Of a DNA stretch of 45,377 bases, positions 16,781 to 26,061 are shown piece by piece. Position numbers and translations under genes: made by a program. The notes under the pieces are model-generated. The model was not told the origin of the DNA. It saw only the letters and a list, made by a program, of their open reading frames with translations, and did not search any database. Within the stretch, counting starts at the first letter, position 1; each line of letters starts with the position of its first letter. Source of the DNA: Eubacteriales Family XIII. Incertae Sedis bacterium (lineage in GTDB: Bacteria > Bacillota > Clostridia > Peptostreptococcales > Anaerovoracaceae); contig JAISMX010000118.1 of assembly GCA_031276515.1 (NCBI GenBank), positions 1 through 45,377 on the forward strand. The letters are read 5' to 3'.

Positions 16781-17557
16781 ATGTTAAAAAATGGAAATTA
16801 TTTGCGCGCGCGAAGAGGTTCGTTTACGCTTGAAGCGGCGATATTTCTGCCGATTTTCATCCTTTCCGCGCTGACGATCGCGTATCTGATCAAACTGATC
16901 GCAGTGCAGGAAAACGCGTTTCACGCGCTTGCGGACGAGACGCGAAAGATTGCCGCGGAGGCCGCGATGTCGCCGTTCCCGGTGTTTTTCAAGGGCGACG
17001 TTTTGGCGCGAATCGGCGAGGAAAACGGCGGAGAGCTTGAGAATTTGCGCGTCGCGCGCTTCGATTACCGCTACGGTCTCGGGGAGTACACGGAGCAGAT
17101 ACGCGTGACGGTCGATTACGACATAGGCGTCAAGTTGCCCGCCGCTCTCATAAGCGCGATTCCCGTGTCCGATACGATACTGTGCAGAGCCTTCGTCGGC
17201 GCGATCAACGCGGACGCTCCCATGTCGAACGAAGAACTCGAAGAGGAGAAGACCTCGCGCACCGTATGGGTGTTCCCGCGCGCGGGAACGAAATATCACG
17301 GCGAAGCCTGCTCTTATGTCGCGGTGTACCCCAAGGAACTTCTCCTCGGCGAGGGCGTCAGACGGCGCTACGCTCCCTGCAAGCTGTGCGACCCGGGCTC
17401 GCTGCCGACCGGCAGCGTCGTCTATTGCTTCCAAAGCACGGGAAAAGCCTTTCATCGCGGCGATTGCGCTTCGGTGGATCGCTACGTGATTCCGATGGAG
17501 CTCGAGGAAGCCGAGGCGCGTGGTTACACGCCCTGCGCGAAGTGCGGGGGATACTGA
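16781..17557 (+). CDS. TadE-like protein with two C-terminal H-C-C-C zinc-ribbon-like repeats
   Basis: The N-terminus is MLKNGNYLRARRGSFTLEAAIFLPIFILSALTIAYL (TadE motif). The C-terminus carries GTKYHGEAC-x21-PCKLC and GKAFHRGDC-x21-PCAKC. Confidence 0.7.
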   Translation: MLKNGNYLRARRGSFTLEAAIFLPIFILSALTIAYLIKLIAVQENAFHALADETRKIAAEAAMSPFPVFFKGDVLARIGEENGGELENLRVARFDYRYGLGEYTEQIRVTVDYDIGVKLPAALISAIPVSDTILCRAFVGAINADAPMSNEELEEEKTSRTVWVFPRAGTKYHGEACSYVAVYPKELLLGEGVRRRYAPCKLCDPGSLPTGSVVYCFQSTGKAFHRGDCASVDRYVIPMELEEAEARGYTPCAKCGGY

Positions 17558-17605
17558 TTGTCGCGCGTACCCCGGGCGATTTGTGCCGCCGGATTTGGCG
17601 GCCGG

Positions 17606-18175
17606 ATGGAGGATGTTATGTTGCATTTGGTCGACGCGGAGGCGGGAAAGCGCCGGGCGGAGGTGGAGGCGGCGGATGTGCTGCCCTTCGAGGAAAGGAT
17701 ATTGGCGGCCGGGCGCTGCGGCGCCGTGCTGCCCGCCGTGATTCTGACGGTGGACGGGCGGCGGCTCATACGCTACGACACCACGGGCCATCTGTGCTTC
17801 GCGGCCTACCCCTTTCGTCGCCTTGACGAGGTGCTCGGCGCGCTGTACGAAACGCCGCTGCTGCTTCTGGATGCGGAGGATTGGCTTCTGCGCGCGGACA
17901 AGTTCGCCCTGAGCGGCGAGACGCTGTTCGTCGACGCGAAAAGCCGCAGACTGGGGCTGATCTACGGCGCTCGCCCGGACGCGCGCGGGGGTTTCGCGGA
18001 GGGCTACGCATCGCTGCTCGCTTTGGCCGGCGGCATGGAGCACATAACAGGTCTGCCCGCCGCCGTGCGCCGCATAGAGGAGCGCGTGCGCCTCGAAAAC
18101 CCGGACATCAAAAATCTGCTGCGCATTGTGGAGACCGTGCGGCGCGAATGGAATTACATCCATCCCGGCACTTGA
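17606..18175 (+). CDS. Hypothetical soluble protein, last gene of the tad locus
   Basis: The ORF is in operon context (MEDVMLHLVDAEAGKRR...). I recognised no motif. The start is uncertain (17558, 17606 or 17618). Confidence 0.5.
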   Translation: MEDVMLHLVDAEAGKRRAEVEAADVLPFEERILAAGRCGAVLPAVILTVDGRRLIRYDTTGHLCFAAYPFRRLDEVLGALYETPLLLLDAEDWLLRADKFALSGETLFVDAKSRRLGLIYGARPDARGGFAEGYASLLALAGGMEHITGLPAAVRRIEERVRLENPDIKNLLRIVETVRREWNYIHPGT

Positions 18176-18237
18176 TTCGAATAATACTTGTATAAGACAG
18201 CCGAATGTGTTATATTGTTCCATAAGAAAGGGAATAA

Positions 18238-19191
18238 ATGAAACACATTTTCATATTGAATCCCGCCGCCGGCAAAGGCGCCGCGATCAAGAAGTGTCTG
18301 CCTTCCATCCTATCCGCCGCCTCGAAACTGGACTACGCGCTGCATCGCACCACCGGCCCGCGCGAGGCCGAATTCTACGTTCGGGAACGATGCGCCGAGA
18401 CGCCGTCGGAGCAATTGCGCTTCTACGCCTGTGGCGGCGACGGTACGGCAAGCGAGGTGATGAACGGCATATACGGTTTTCCGAACGCGGAGCTGACCGT
18501 TCTGCCGGCGGGAACCGGCAACGATTTTGTTCGCAACTTCGCGTCCGTGCGCGATTTTTGCGACATCGAGCGTCTCATTGACGGCGTTGCTGTCTCCATG
18601 GATGTGGTGTCCTATGCTTTTCATGACGAAAAAACGGGCGCCGACAGACGCAAATTCGCGCTGAACATGTGCAACATCGGCTTCGATTCGGAAGCGGTGG
18701 CATGGGCGGAGCGTTTGAAAAAATATCCCTTTTTCGGCGGCGGCATGGCGTATATCGGCGGCGTGGGCATGGCGCTCATACGCAAGAAATCGCTGGAGTT
18801 GCGCTTTTCGTTCGACAATGGCGAGGTGCTGCGGGAAAGAGTTCTTCTGACGGCGGTGGCGAACGGAGCGTACTGCGGCGGAGGATTCAAGGGGGCGCCG
18901 GAGGCCGACCCGAGAGACGGCATATTGGACGTTTTTATCGCGAAAAACGTGACGAGACGGACTTTTCTGTCGCTCCTGCCCAAATATCACGAAGGGAAGC
19001 ACTTCACGGAACCGCGCGCGAAGGACATACTGCTTTACAGGCGCTGCGAGGCTTTGTGCATTTCGTCGGACGAATTGATGCATATCGCCGTCGACGGAGA
19101 AGTATTTCTCACGAAAAGCGCTTCTTTTAAAATACTTCCAAGCACAGTAAAATTTGTGATTCCGGCGGCGCTCCCGCAGAGGTCTCTTTAA
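18238..19191 (+). CDS. Diacylglycerol-kinase-family lipid kinase (YegS/BmrU/DagK type)
   Basis: Motifs are MKHIFILNPAAGKG, ACGGDGTASEVMNG and LPAGTGNDFVRNF. Confidence 0.85.
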   Translation: MKHIFILNPAAGKGAAIKKCLPSILSAASKLDYALHRTTGPREAEFYVRERCAETPSEQLRFYACGGDGTASEVMNGIYGFPNAELTVLPAGTGNDFVRNFASVRDFCDIERLIDGVAVSMDVVSYAFHDEKTGADRRKFALNMCNIGFDSEAVAWAERLKKYPFFGGGMAYIGGVGMALIRKKSLELRFSFDNGEVLRERVLLTAVANGAYCGGGFKGAPEADPRDGILDVFIAKNVTRRTFLSLLPKYHEGKHFTEPRAKDILLYRRCEALCISSDELMHIAVDGEVFLTKSASFKILPSTVKFVIPAALPQRSL

Positions 19192-19851
19192 ATGCTCAAT
19201 CAAACTTCGGGCGGCGCGCCGAGACGCCGTTGCGTAATCATCACCGCTCGCGTCGAAGGCCCGATTGCCGACGCGCTGCGCATCGGGGCGGACGACTTCG
19301 TCATATGCGCCGACGGCGGCTTCGATCGCGCGGCGGCGGAAGGCGTGAAGCCCGACGTGATTCTCGGCGATTTCGATTCGATAAGCGCGCCGCCCGCGGC
19401 GTCTCTCGCTCGGGTGATCGGCTTTCCCGCCGAAAAGGACGACACGGACACGCTGTTGGCCATAAAGCACGGGCTCGACGCCGGCCATTCCGACTTCGTC
19501 GTCGTCGGCGGCTTGAGCGGCCGCTTCGATCACAGCTTCGCGAACCTTCAAGCCGCGGCATACTGCTTGGATCGCGGCGGTCGCGTATGGATTGCCGACG
19601 CGGCGAACAGGGCGACCATGACGGACGCCGGCGCGTTCGTGCTGCGGCCGGAAAAGGGATTCTTTTTTTCCGTCTTTTCGTGGACGGAAAGCTGCGAGGG
19701 CGTGGATATCGAAAACGCCAAGTACGTCGCGCAAAACCTCCGCCTCACGCAGAGCTTCCCCATCGGCGTCAGCAACGAATTCGCGGACGGTCCCGTCACG
19801 ATCCGAAAGAAAAGCGGCCGTCTTCTCATCGTCCTGTCGCGCAAAGACTGA
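19192..19851 (+). CDS. thiN: Thiamine pyrophosphokinase
   Basis: Motifs are ADGGFDRA...PDVILGDFDS...EKDDTDTLLAIKH...VVGGLSGRFDHSFANL. Confidence 0.85.
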   Translation: MLNQTSGGAPRRRCVIITARVEGPIADALRIGADDFVICADGGFDRAAAEGVKPDVILGDFDSISAPPAASLARVIGFPAEKDDTDTLLAIKHGLDAGHSDFVVVGGLSGRFDHSFANLQAAAYCLDRGGRVWIADAANRATMTDAGAFVLRPEKGFFFSVFSWTESCEGVDIENAKYVAQNLRLTQSFPIGVSNEFADGPVTIRKKSGRLLIVLSRKD

Positions 19852-19894
19852 CGCGGGCGCGGCGGCATCCCGGCGCGCGGCGCGCAAAGACGAC

Positions 19895-19924
19895 AAAGGC
19901 CGCCGGGCAGCTCCGGCGGCCTTT
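19895..19924. terminator. Bidirectional terminator between thiN and the MCP gene
   Basis: A perfect 12-bp stem AAAGGCCGCCGG / CCGGCGGCCTTT flanks the loop GCAGCT, with A/T runs on both sides. Confidence 0.65.
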
Positions 19925-19941
19925 GCGCGTTCGCGCATCCA

Positions 19942-21702
19942 TCAGTACTTGTCGAAACCGCTTTCCAGATCTATCTCCTGCATTCTGCCGTAAGACGGCG
20001 GAACGTCGTTCAGAGAGGGCCGCGCGGAGAAGGCCTCGCGCGCCGCCGCAGAACCTTCCTTGAGTTTGAACTGCGCAAGGATGTTCTCGAGCATGTGCGA
20101 CTGCGCGGAAAGTTCCTGCGCCGCCGCCGCGGACTCCTCCGCCGTGGCGGAATTGGCCTGCACCACGTCCGAAATCTGGCTCATGCCCTTTGTGATCTCG
20201 GATATGGAGCTGCTCTGCCTGCTCGAAGCATCGCTGATCGCCTGCATGGACAGGGCGTTTTTTTCGGATATTTCGTTGACGGAATTGAGACTTTCGCTCG
20301 TCTTCGTGGCGATGGAATTGCCCTCCGTGACCTTTTGCGTGCTGCTCTCTATCAGCACGGCCGTCTCCTTGGCGGCCTCGGCCGATTTGGACGCGAGGTT
20401 TCTGACTTCGTCCGCGACGACGGCGAAGCCCTTGCCGTGCTGCCCCGCCCGCGCGGCTTCCACGGCGGCGTTCAGCGCGAGTATGTTGGTCTGGAAGGCG
20501 ATGTCGTCTATGACCTTGATCACCTTCGCGATGTTGTTCGAGCTCTCGTTGATGTCGTGCATGGCCGCCGTCATATTGTACATGGATTCCATGCTCTCGC
20601 TCATGTATTTGGACGAAAGCCGCACGTCGTCGTAAGCTTCTTTCGATTTCTTCGTGTTTTCCTCGGATTGCGAAAGCACCTCCGCGATGGACGCGGAAAA
20701 CTCCTCGAGGGTCGCCGCCTGCTCGCTCGAGCCGGAGGCCAGCGACTGCGCGCCCGTCGCGATCTGGCTCGCGCCCGCGGAAACCTGCGCCGAAGCCTCC
20801 TTTATTTCAAGCAGCATCTTGTTGTTCTTGTCGATGACCGTGTTGATGGATCGGTTCATGATATCCTTGTCGGATCGGACGGAAATGGACGAGCGGTAAT
20901 CTCCGTCGGCGATCAGCGCCAATATGCCCGCCTGCGCCTTGATGGCTTCGATCATGTTTCGGAATGCCTCCGCGAGAGAACCGATTTCATCCTTGCTCGT
21001 CGCGTCCACGTTGACGTCGATGTCGCCCTTCGCGATGGAACTCGCCGCCTCGACCAAACGCAAGGTGGGTGTCGCGATGAGCTTGGCGATGATCAGTCCC
21101 AAGACGACGGCGCCCGCCACGGAAATGACCGATATCGCGATCAGCGCGCCGATCAGGATCATGGCCAGTCTCGTATCGGCTTTGTTTGAATTGTTGGCGG
21201 TGGTTTTGATCAGCTCCGAAAGCTTGGCGATGCTCGCCTGCAGATCCGCCGTCAGAGAACGCGACATGATCTCCAAAGCGCCCGCCGCGTCGCGCGCGCG
21301 GATTCGCATCACCAGATCGTCGAGCCTTTTCAAATATTCGTTGTTCGCCGCGTCGATATCGTTCATGATGGCCCTGCCGGCATCCGTTACCAGATGCGCT
21401 TTCAGGTACACGATCTCGTCGGCAATCTGCTTTTTGGCCTCGTCCAGCTTGTTGAGCGCGTCGTTCATTTTTGTGGAATCGTCGATGTACATAATTGCGT
21501 CTCGGTACGCAACGCGCTGTGTGGCCAAACCGTAATCCAGATTCCCAACATACTCCATATTTTGGACGTGCGTATACATCTGCGCCTGCGTCTTGTCCAG
21601 CGCCAACATGCCGTAAATGCCTATAACGCCGACGATGGCCGTCAAAACCGCCACAAACAGGAATCCAAACAACAGCTTGTTTCTTATTTTCCAATTTTTC
21701 AT
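19942..21702 (-). CDS. Methyl-accepting chemotaxis protein (TM, 4-helix-bundle sensor, HAMP, MA domain)
   Basis: The signalling hairpin [37 protein letters not shown] is present, with a HAMP region around [16 protein letters not shown]. Confidence 0.9.
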   Translation of the reverse strand: MKNWKIRNKLLFGFLFVAVLTAIVGVIGIYGMLALDKTQAQMYTHVQNMEYVGNLDYGLATQRVAYRDAIMYIDDSTKMNDALNKLDEAKKQIADEIVYLKAHLVTDAGRAIMNDIDAANNEYLKRLDDLVMRIRARDAAGALEIMSRSLTADLQASIAKLSELIKTTANNSNKADTRLAMILIGALIAISVISVAGAVVLGLIIAKLIATPTLRLVEAASSIAKGDIDVNVDATSKDEIGSLAEAFRNMIEAIKAQAGILALIADGDYRSSISVRSDKDIMNRSINTVIDKNNKMLLEIKEASAQVSAGASQIATGAQSLASGSSEQAATLEEFSASIAEVLSQSEENTKKSKEAYDDVRLSSKYMSESMESMYNMTAAMHDINESSNNIAKVIKVIDDIAFQTNILALNAAVEAARAGQHGKGFAVVADEVRNLASKSAEAAKETAVLIESSTQKVTEGNSIATKTSESLNSVNEISEKNALSMQAISDASSRQSSSISEITKGMSQISDVVQANSATAEESAAAAQELSAQSHMLENILAQFKLKEGSAAAREAFSARPSLNDVPPSYGRMQEIDLESGFDKY

Positions 21703-21984
21703 TTACAAACCTCCATCAATTACAATAATCCCAATCGCATTGCGCCTTTTCCCCAATCGCCCCCATGATCCGACGGGCTTTTCGCGCCTTTTGCCACTGT
21801 CTTCCGCCATTTCAAAAACAAATGCATACTGTGTTGTACAGGTATGACAAATGCTTGAAATCAAGCGAAATTCAATGCCATATCCGATATTATTTTAAAC
21901 GCTTCCGGTATTCGCGTCAAGTGGCGCGTTTGATTTTACCTTCTTTTTCTGTCGATTTTTTACGGTTTGCGACGGACAAAAAAA

Positions 21985-22013
21985 TTGATATCCGCGAGAG
22001 CAGATGGTATAAT
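21985..22013 (+). promoter_or_regulatory. SigA-type promoter of pit
   Basis: TTGATA (21985-21990), 17-nt spacer, TATAAT (22008-22013). Confidence 0.55.
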
Positions 22014-22044
22014 AAAAAACGCGAGAACAGAAAGGACATCGTGC

Positions 22045-23094
22045 ATGACCATATCTTTGGAATATTTTCTGAGCCAATTGTCGAATCCCGTTTTTTTCGT
22101 TACGACCGTGCTGACGCTGGGCGTAATTTTGGTGAACGGCTGGACCGACGCCCCGAACGCCATCGCCACCTGCGTTTCCACGCGGTCGATGGACGTTCGC
22201 AAGGCGATATGGATGGCGGCCGTTTTCAATTTTTTGGGCGTGCTGGTCATGACCGCGCTGAACGCCACCGTCGCGCATACGATATACCGCATGGTGGACT
22301 TCGGCGGCGATTCGCGCGTCGCGCTCTCGGCCCTGTGCGCCGCGATGCTTTCGATCGTCCTGTGGGCGACGGCGGCTTGGCGCTTCGGCATACCCACGAG
22401 CGAGAGCCACGCGCTGATAGCGGGCATCTCCGGCGCGGCGATGGCCCTTCAGGGCGGCTTGTCCGGCATCAACGCCTCCGAGTGGATCAAGGTGCTGTAC
22501 GGCCTCGTTCTCTCTACGGCGCTCGGCTTCTTCATGGGCTATCTTGCCGTAAAGGGCATAGAGTTTCTGTTTTACGGGGTTGACCGCGTCCGCGCCCAAG
22601 GCATGTTCATGCGCGCGCAGGTGGCGGCGGCGGCGGGCATGGCCTTTATGCACGGCGCGCAGGACGGGCAGAAGTTCATGGGCGTATTCCTGCTCGGCCT
22701 GTTTCTGTCGGCGGGCCGCGCGGACGTCGATCTGTTCGTCATTCCCGTCTGGCTCATGGTGCTCTGCTCTCTCATCATGGCGCTCGGAACCTCCATCGGC
22801 GGATATCGCATCATCAAGTCGGTCGGCATGGATATGGTCAAACTGGAGAAGCATCAGGGCTTTGCCGCCGATCTCGCCGCCGTGTTTTGCCTGTTGCTCG
22901 CGTCGATCTGGGGCTTGCCCGTCAGCACCACGCACACGAAGACGACCGCCATCATGGGCGTGGGCGCGGCGCGCAGGCTGTCCTGCGTTAATTGGAAAAT
23001 TGTGGGTGAGATGATATTGACCTGGGTGCTGACTTTTCCGGGCTGCGGGTTGATTGGATATTTGATGGCGCGGCTGTTTATAGCCGTTTTTTAG
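22045..23094 (+). CDS. pit: PiT-family inorganic phosphate transporter
   Basis: ATG at 22045 follows AAAGGA. Motifs are NGWTDAPNAIAT and GAQDGQKFMG. The protein is polytopic. Confidence 0.9.
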   Translation: MTISLEYFLSQLSNPVFFVTTVLTLGVILVNGWTDAPNAIATCVSTRSMDVRKAIWMAAVFNFLGVLVMTALNATVAHTIYRMVDFGGDSRVALSALCAAMLSIVLWATAAWRFGIPTSESHALIAGISGAAMALQGGLSGINASEWIKVLYGLVLSTALGFFMGYLAVKGIEFLFYGVDRVRAQGMFMRAQVAAAAGMAFMHGAQDGQKFMGVFLLGLFLSAGRADVDLFVIPVWLMVLCSLIMALGTSIGGYRIIKSVGMDMVKLEKHQGFAADLAAVFCLLLASIWGLPVSTTHTKTTAIMGVGAARRLSCVNWKIVGEMILTWVLTFPGCGLIGYLMARLFIAVF

Positions 23095-23250
23095 GTAACT
23101 ACTCAAACGCCACGCCATTTTTGTCCATCTCGGAACCTGCCGTCCCATATTGGCTTCCTCACGTACATCTTGGTACGCTCCGGGAGCCAAATGGTCCGGC
23201 AGAACCCGATCTGAATCAAAACTATCGCGGCGTTTGAGTAGCCTTGATTA
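23095..23250. repeat. Intergenic imperfect-palindrome repeat, copy B
   Basis: It aligns base-for-base with 3358-3514 apart from a few substitutions. It starts 1 nt after the pit stop codon. Confidence 0.8.
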
Positions 23251-23284
23251 TGTATGTTATGTTAATCGGTGTAGGAGGGTTGCG

Positions 23285-23902
23285 TTGTCCAAGGAAGACA
23301 AGTATTATGAATCGTTTGTGGAGATGGTGGGCTATTCCTATGAAGCGGCGCAGCTGCTGAAGAAGATATTGCACGACTTCGATCCGGGCGATATGCAGGC
23401 GCGCATGCGGGATATGCACGAAATCGAGCATTCCGGCGATATCGCGCGGCACGTCATGACGAAAAAACTGGCCAGAGAATTCATCACGCCCATAGAGCGC
23501 GAGGACATCATGGCCATGGCCGAGGCCATCGACAACGTCACGGACAAGATAGAGGACGTGCTGATGCGCATCTACATCTTCAACATCCCCGAAATTCGCG
23601 AGGAGGCCAAGAAGATCACGGATGTCATCGTGCGATCCTGCGAGACGCTGCGCGAGGCCCTTGCCGAATTTCACAATTTCCGCAAATCCAAAACCCTCCA
23701 TGAAAAGATCATATTGGTAAACCAATTGGAGGAGGAGGCCGACAACATCTACACGACGGGCGTGCGGAACCTGTATATGGAAAAATCGGATCCCATACTC
23801 GTGCAGGCGTGGTACGAGACCTTCCAATTTCTCGAGGATTGCTGCGATGCCTGCGAGGACGTCGCGGACGTCATCGAGAGCGTCATGCTGAAAAACGCGT
23901 AG
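23285..23902 (+). CDS. DUF47-family (PhoU-like) phosphate-transport accessory protein
   Basis: TTG start at 23285, 6 nt after AGGAGG (23273-23278). The product is LSKEDKYYESFVEM...PIEREDIMAMAEAIDNVTDKIED...EEEADNIY. Confidence 0.8.
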   Translation: MSKEDKYYESFVEMVGYSYEAAQLLKKILHDFDPGDMQARMRDMHEIEHSGDIARHVMTKKLAREFITPIEREDIMAMAEAIDNVTDKIEDVLMRIYIFNIPEIREEAKKITDVIVRSCETLREALAEFHNFRKSKTLHEKIILVNQLEEEADNIYTTGVRNLYMEKSDPILVQAWYETFQFLEDCCDACEDVADVIESVMLKNA

Positions 23903-23956
23903 GATTGATTTTCGCGCAAGCGAATTTTATGGCTGCGCATAAGGAAGGGGAAAGGC

Positions 23957-24559
23957 ATGCTCGTGGTCGCTGCGACGCAGAACGCGCATAAAATCAGGGA
24001 ATTGACCGAAATCACAAAGGCTTTCGGCATGACTGTGATCTCCCGTTCGGAGGCGGGCGTGCCGGATTTTGAGATCGAGGAGGACGGCGCGACCTTCGAG
24101 GAAAACTCGCTGAAGAAGGCGCGCGCCATCATGGAACGCTGCGGCCTGGCGGCCATAGCCGACGATTCGGGTCTCGTGACGGACGCTCTCGGCGGCGCGC
24201 CCGGCGTGCTGTCCGCGCGCTTCGCGGGCGTATCCGGGGAGAGCGCCGACGCGGCGAACAACGAAAAGCTGCTCGCGCTCCTGTCCGGCGTGCCGGACGC
24301 GGAGAGGACGGCGCGCTTCGTTTCCGTCGTGACCTTGGTCTTTCCGGACGGGCGCGCGCTCGCGGCGCGCGGGGAATGCGAGGGATTCATCGGGCGCGCG
24401 GGAAGGGGCGACGGCGGCTTCGGCTACGACCCTCTGTTCACGCCGCGCGGCTTCGAAAAAACTTTCGCCGAGCTTTCCGCCGAAGAAAAAAACGGGATCA
24501 GCCACAGGGCAAAGGCGCTCGCCGCGCTGCGGGAGCTTCTGTCGAAGGGCGCGGGCTGA
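23957..24559 (+). CDS. rdgB: XTP/dITP diphosphatase (RdgB/HAM1 family)
   Basis: The product is MLVVAATQNAHKIRE...IADDSGL...GAPGVLSARF...GFGYDPLF...SHRAKA. Confidence 0.9.
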   Translation: MLVVAATQNAHKIRELTEITKAFGMTVISRSEAGVPDFEIEEDGATFEENSLKKARAIMERCGLAAIADDSGLVTDALGGAPGVLSARFAGVSGESADAANNEKLLALLSGVPDAERTARFVSVVTLVFPDGRALAARGECEGFIGRAGRGDGGFGYDPLFTPRGFEKTFAELSAEEKNGISHRAKALAALRELLSKGAG

Positions 24560-24602
24560 AATTCGCGGCCGCGCGTTCCGCGAGCCGCCGGGCCGCCGCG
24601 CC

Positions 24603-25772
24603 CTACCTGTCCGGACGAATCACGCGCACGGATATGATGCCGTCGCAGCCTTTCAGTATGCGCTTCAATTCGCTCTCCTCGACGGGCGAATCGATGTCCG
24701 CGAGGGTGTAGGCGTAATCTCCCTTGCTGCGGTTCAGCATGTCGCGGATGTTGATGTCTTTTTCCGCGAGCGTTCCCGTGATCCATTTGAGCATGGAGGG
24801 GATGTTCTTGTTCAATATGCAGACGCGCGCCAGAGCCGTGGGCGTTCCCATATTGCACTTGGGATAGTTCACGGAATGGCTGATGTTGCCGTTTTCGAGG
24901 TAGTCCATGATTTCGTCGACCGCCATGATGGCGCAGTTGTCCTCCGATTCCTTCGTGGACGCGCCGAGGTGGGGGATGGCCACGACGTTTTCGACGCCGA
25001 CAAAGCGCTCGGTCGGAAAATCCGTCACGTAGGTTCTGACCCTGCCCGCGCCGACGGCGCGGAGCACGTCTTCGTCCTTCACGATCTTGTCTCTTGAGAA
25101 ATTCAGAAGCACGACGCCCGGCTTCATCGCCGCGAAGCTCTTTTCGTCGAACATGCCCGTGGTGTTCTCCATGAAGGGAACGTGTATGGTGATGTAATCG
25201 GATTGTTTCAGCACATCGTCTATGGCGTCGCAGAGCAGCACCGACGCGGACAGCTCGTGCGCGTTCCTGACGGTGATGTAGGGGTCGTGGCCGACGACGC
25301 GCATGCCCAGAAGCACCGCCGCGTTTGCCACAAGCACGCCCACGGCGCCGAGACCGACCACGCCGAGCGTCTTTCCCTTGATTTCCTCGCCCGCGAATTT
25401 GGATTTGTTCTTCTCCACGGCCTTGGGTATGTCTTCGCGCAGGGTTTTCGTCCAGGCTATCGCGCTCGAAAGATTTCTGGCGCTCATGAGTATGCCGGTC
25501 AGGACGAGTTCCTTGACGGCGTTGGCGTTGGCGCCGGGGGTGTTGAACACGACAATGCCTTCCTCGGAGCAGCGCTCGACGGGGATGTTGTTGACGCCGG
25601 CGCCGGCGCGCGCGATGGCGAGCAGGTTGGGGGAGAAGCGCAGGTCGTGCATATCCTGGCTTCTGACCAATATGCCGTGCGCTTCGCTCGCGTCCCCCGT
25701 GATTGAAAATTTCGCGTCGAGGCGGTTTAGGCCCGCGCTCGATATCTTGTTCAGTGCCGCTATTTTATACAT
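24603..25772 (-). CDS. serA: D-3-phosphoglycerate dehydrogenase with C-terminal ACT domain
   Basis: The start MYKIAALNKISSAGL is at 25772, with RBS GGGAGA. The NAD motif is GVVGLGAVG and a C-terminal ACT-like segment is present. Confidence 0.85.
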   Translation of the reverse strand: MYKIAALNKISSAGLNRLDAKFSITGDASEAHGILVRSQDMHDLRFSPNLLAIARAGAGVNNIPVERCSEEGIVVFNTPGANANAVKELVLTGILMSARNLSSAIAWTKTLREDIPKAVEKNKSKFAGEEIKGKTLGVVGLGAVGVLVANAAVLLGMRVVGHDPYITVRNAHELSASVLLCDAIDDVLKQSDYITIHVPFMENTTGMFDEKSFAAMKPGVVLLNFSRDKIVKDEDVLRAVGAGRVRTYVTDFPTERFVGVENVVAIPHLGASTKESEDNCAIMAVDEIMDYLENGNISHSVNYPKCNMGTPTALARVCILNKNIPSMLKWITGTLAEKDINIRDMLNRSKGDYAYTLADIDSPVEESELKRILKGCDGIISVRVIRPDR

Positions 25773-25834
25773 TTTGTCTCCCGGTGATGATCTCCTGTAA
25801 ACAACGCAAGAAACCGGCAAATCGCCGCTACCGC

Positions 25835-25862
25835 ATTATAGCATTTCTTCGGCGCGGAGTAA
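25835..25862 (-). promoter_or_regulatory. Possible serA promoter
   Basis: The minus strand reads TTACTC, 16-nt spacer, TGcTATAAT. Confidence 0.35.
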
Positions 25863-26061
25863 AGCGCTATCGCGGTATTTTGCATATATACAAACACATT
25901 GAAATTGGTGGATTACCACCCCTTCGGCAATTCCCGAAACTCGTCCCGCTTATCAAGCACGACGGTACATTTCTCCCAATCGCCGCAATCGGGAATACTT
26001 CCCTCGTACTTCAAGACAAACGGATTCACTAAACGCGTCGAAAGGCAGCAATGACGCTCCT

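Noticed and set aside
21765-23190. Overlapping ORFs (272 aa on the plus strand, 431 aa on the minus strand) across the pit gene.
   Set aside because: The PiT reading frame has clear family motifs and membrane topology, plus a promoter and RBS. The alternatives are Arg/His-rich frame artefacts.
25773-25900. I looked for a T-box, riboswitch or attenuator leader upstream of serA. I did the same upstream of serC (41246-41315) and pit (22014-22044).
   Set aside because: The leaders are short (about 30-70 nt). I could find no specifier/anti-terminator architecture and no conserved riboswitch core in them.
25913-26030. A short minus-strand reading frame (…VNPFVLKYEGSIPDCGDWEKCTVVLDKRDEFRELPKGW, stop at 25913-25915) between serA and the AlbA_2 gene.
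   Set aside because: It has no ATG start (only a possible GTG), no convincing RBS and no motif I can name. It could be a gene remnant, but I cannot support it as a feature.
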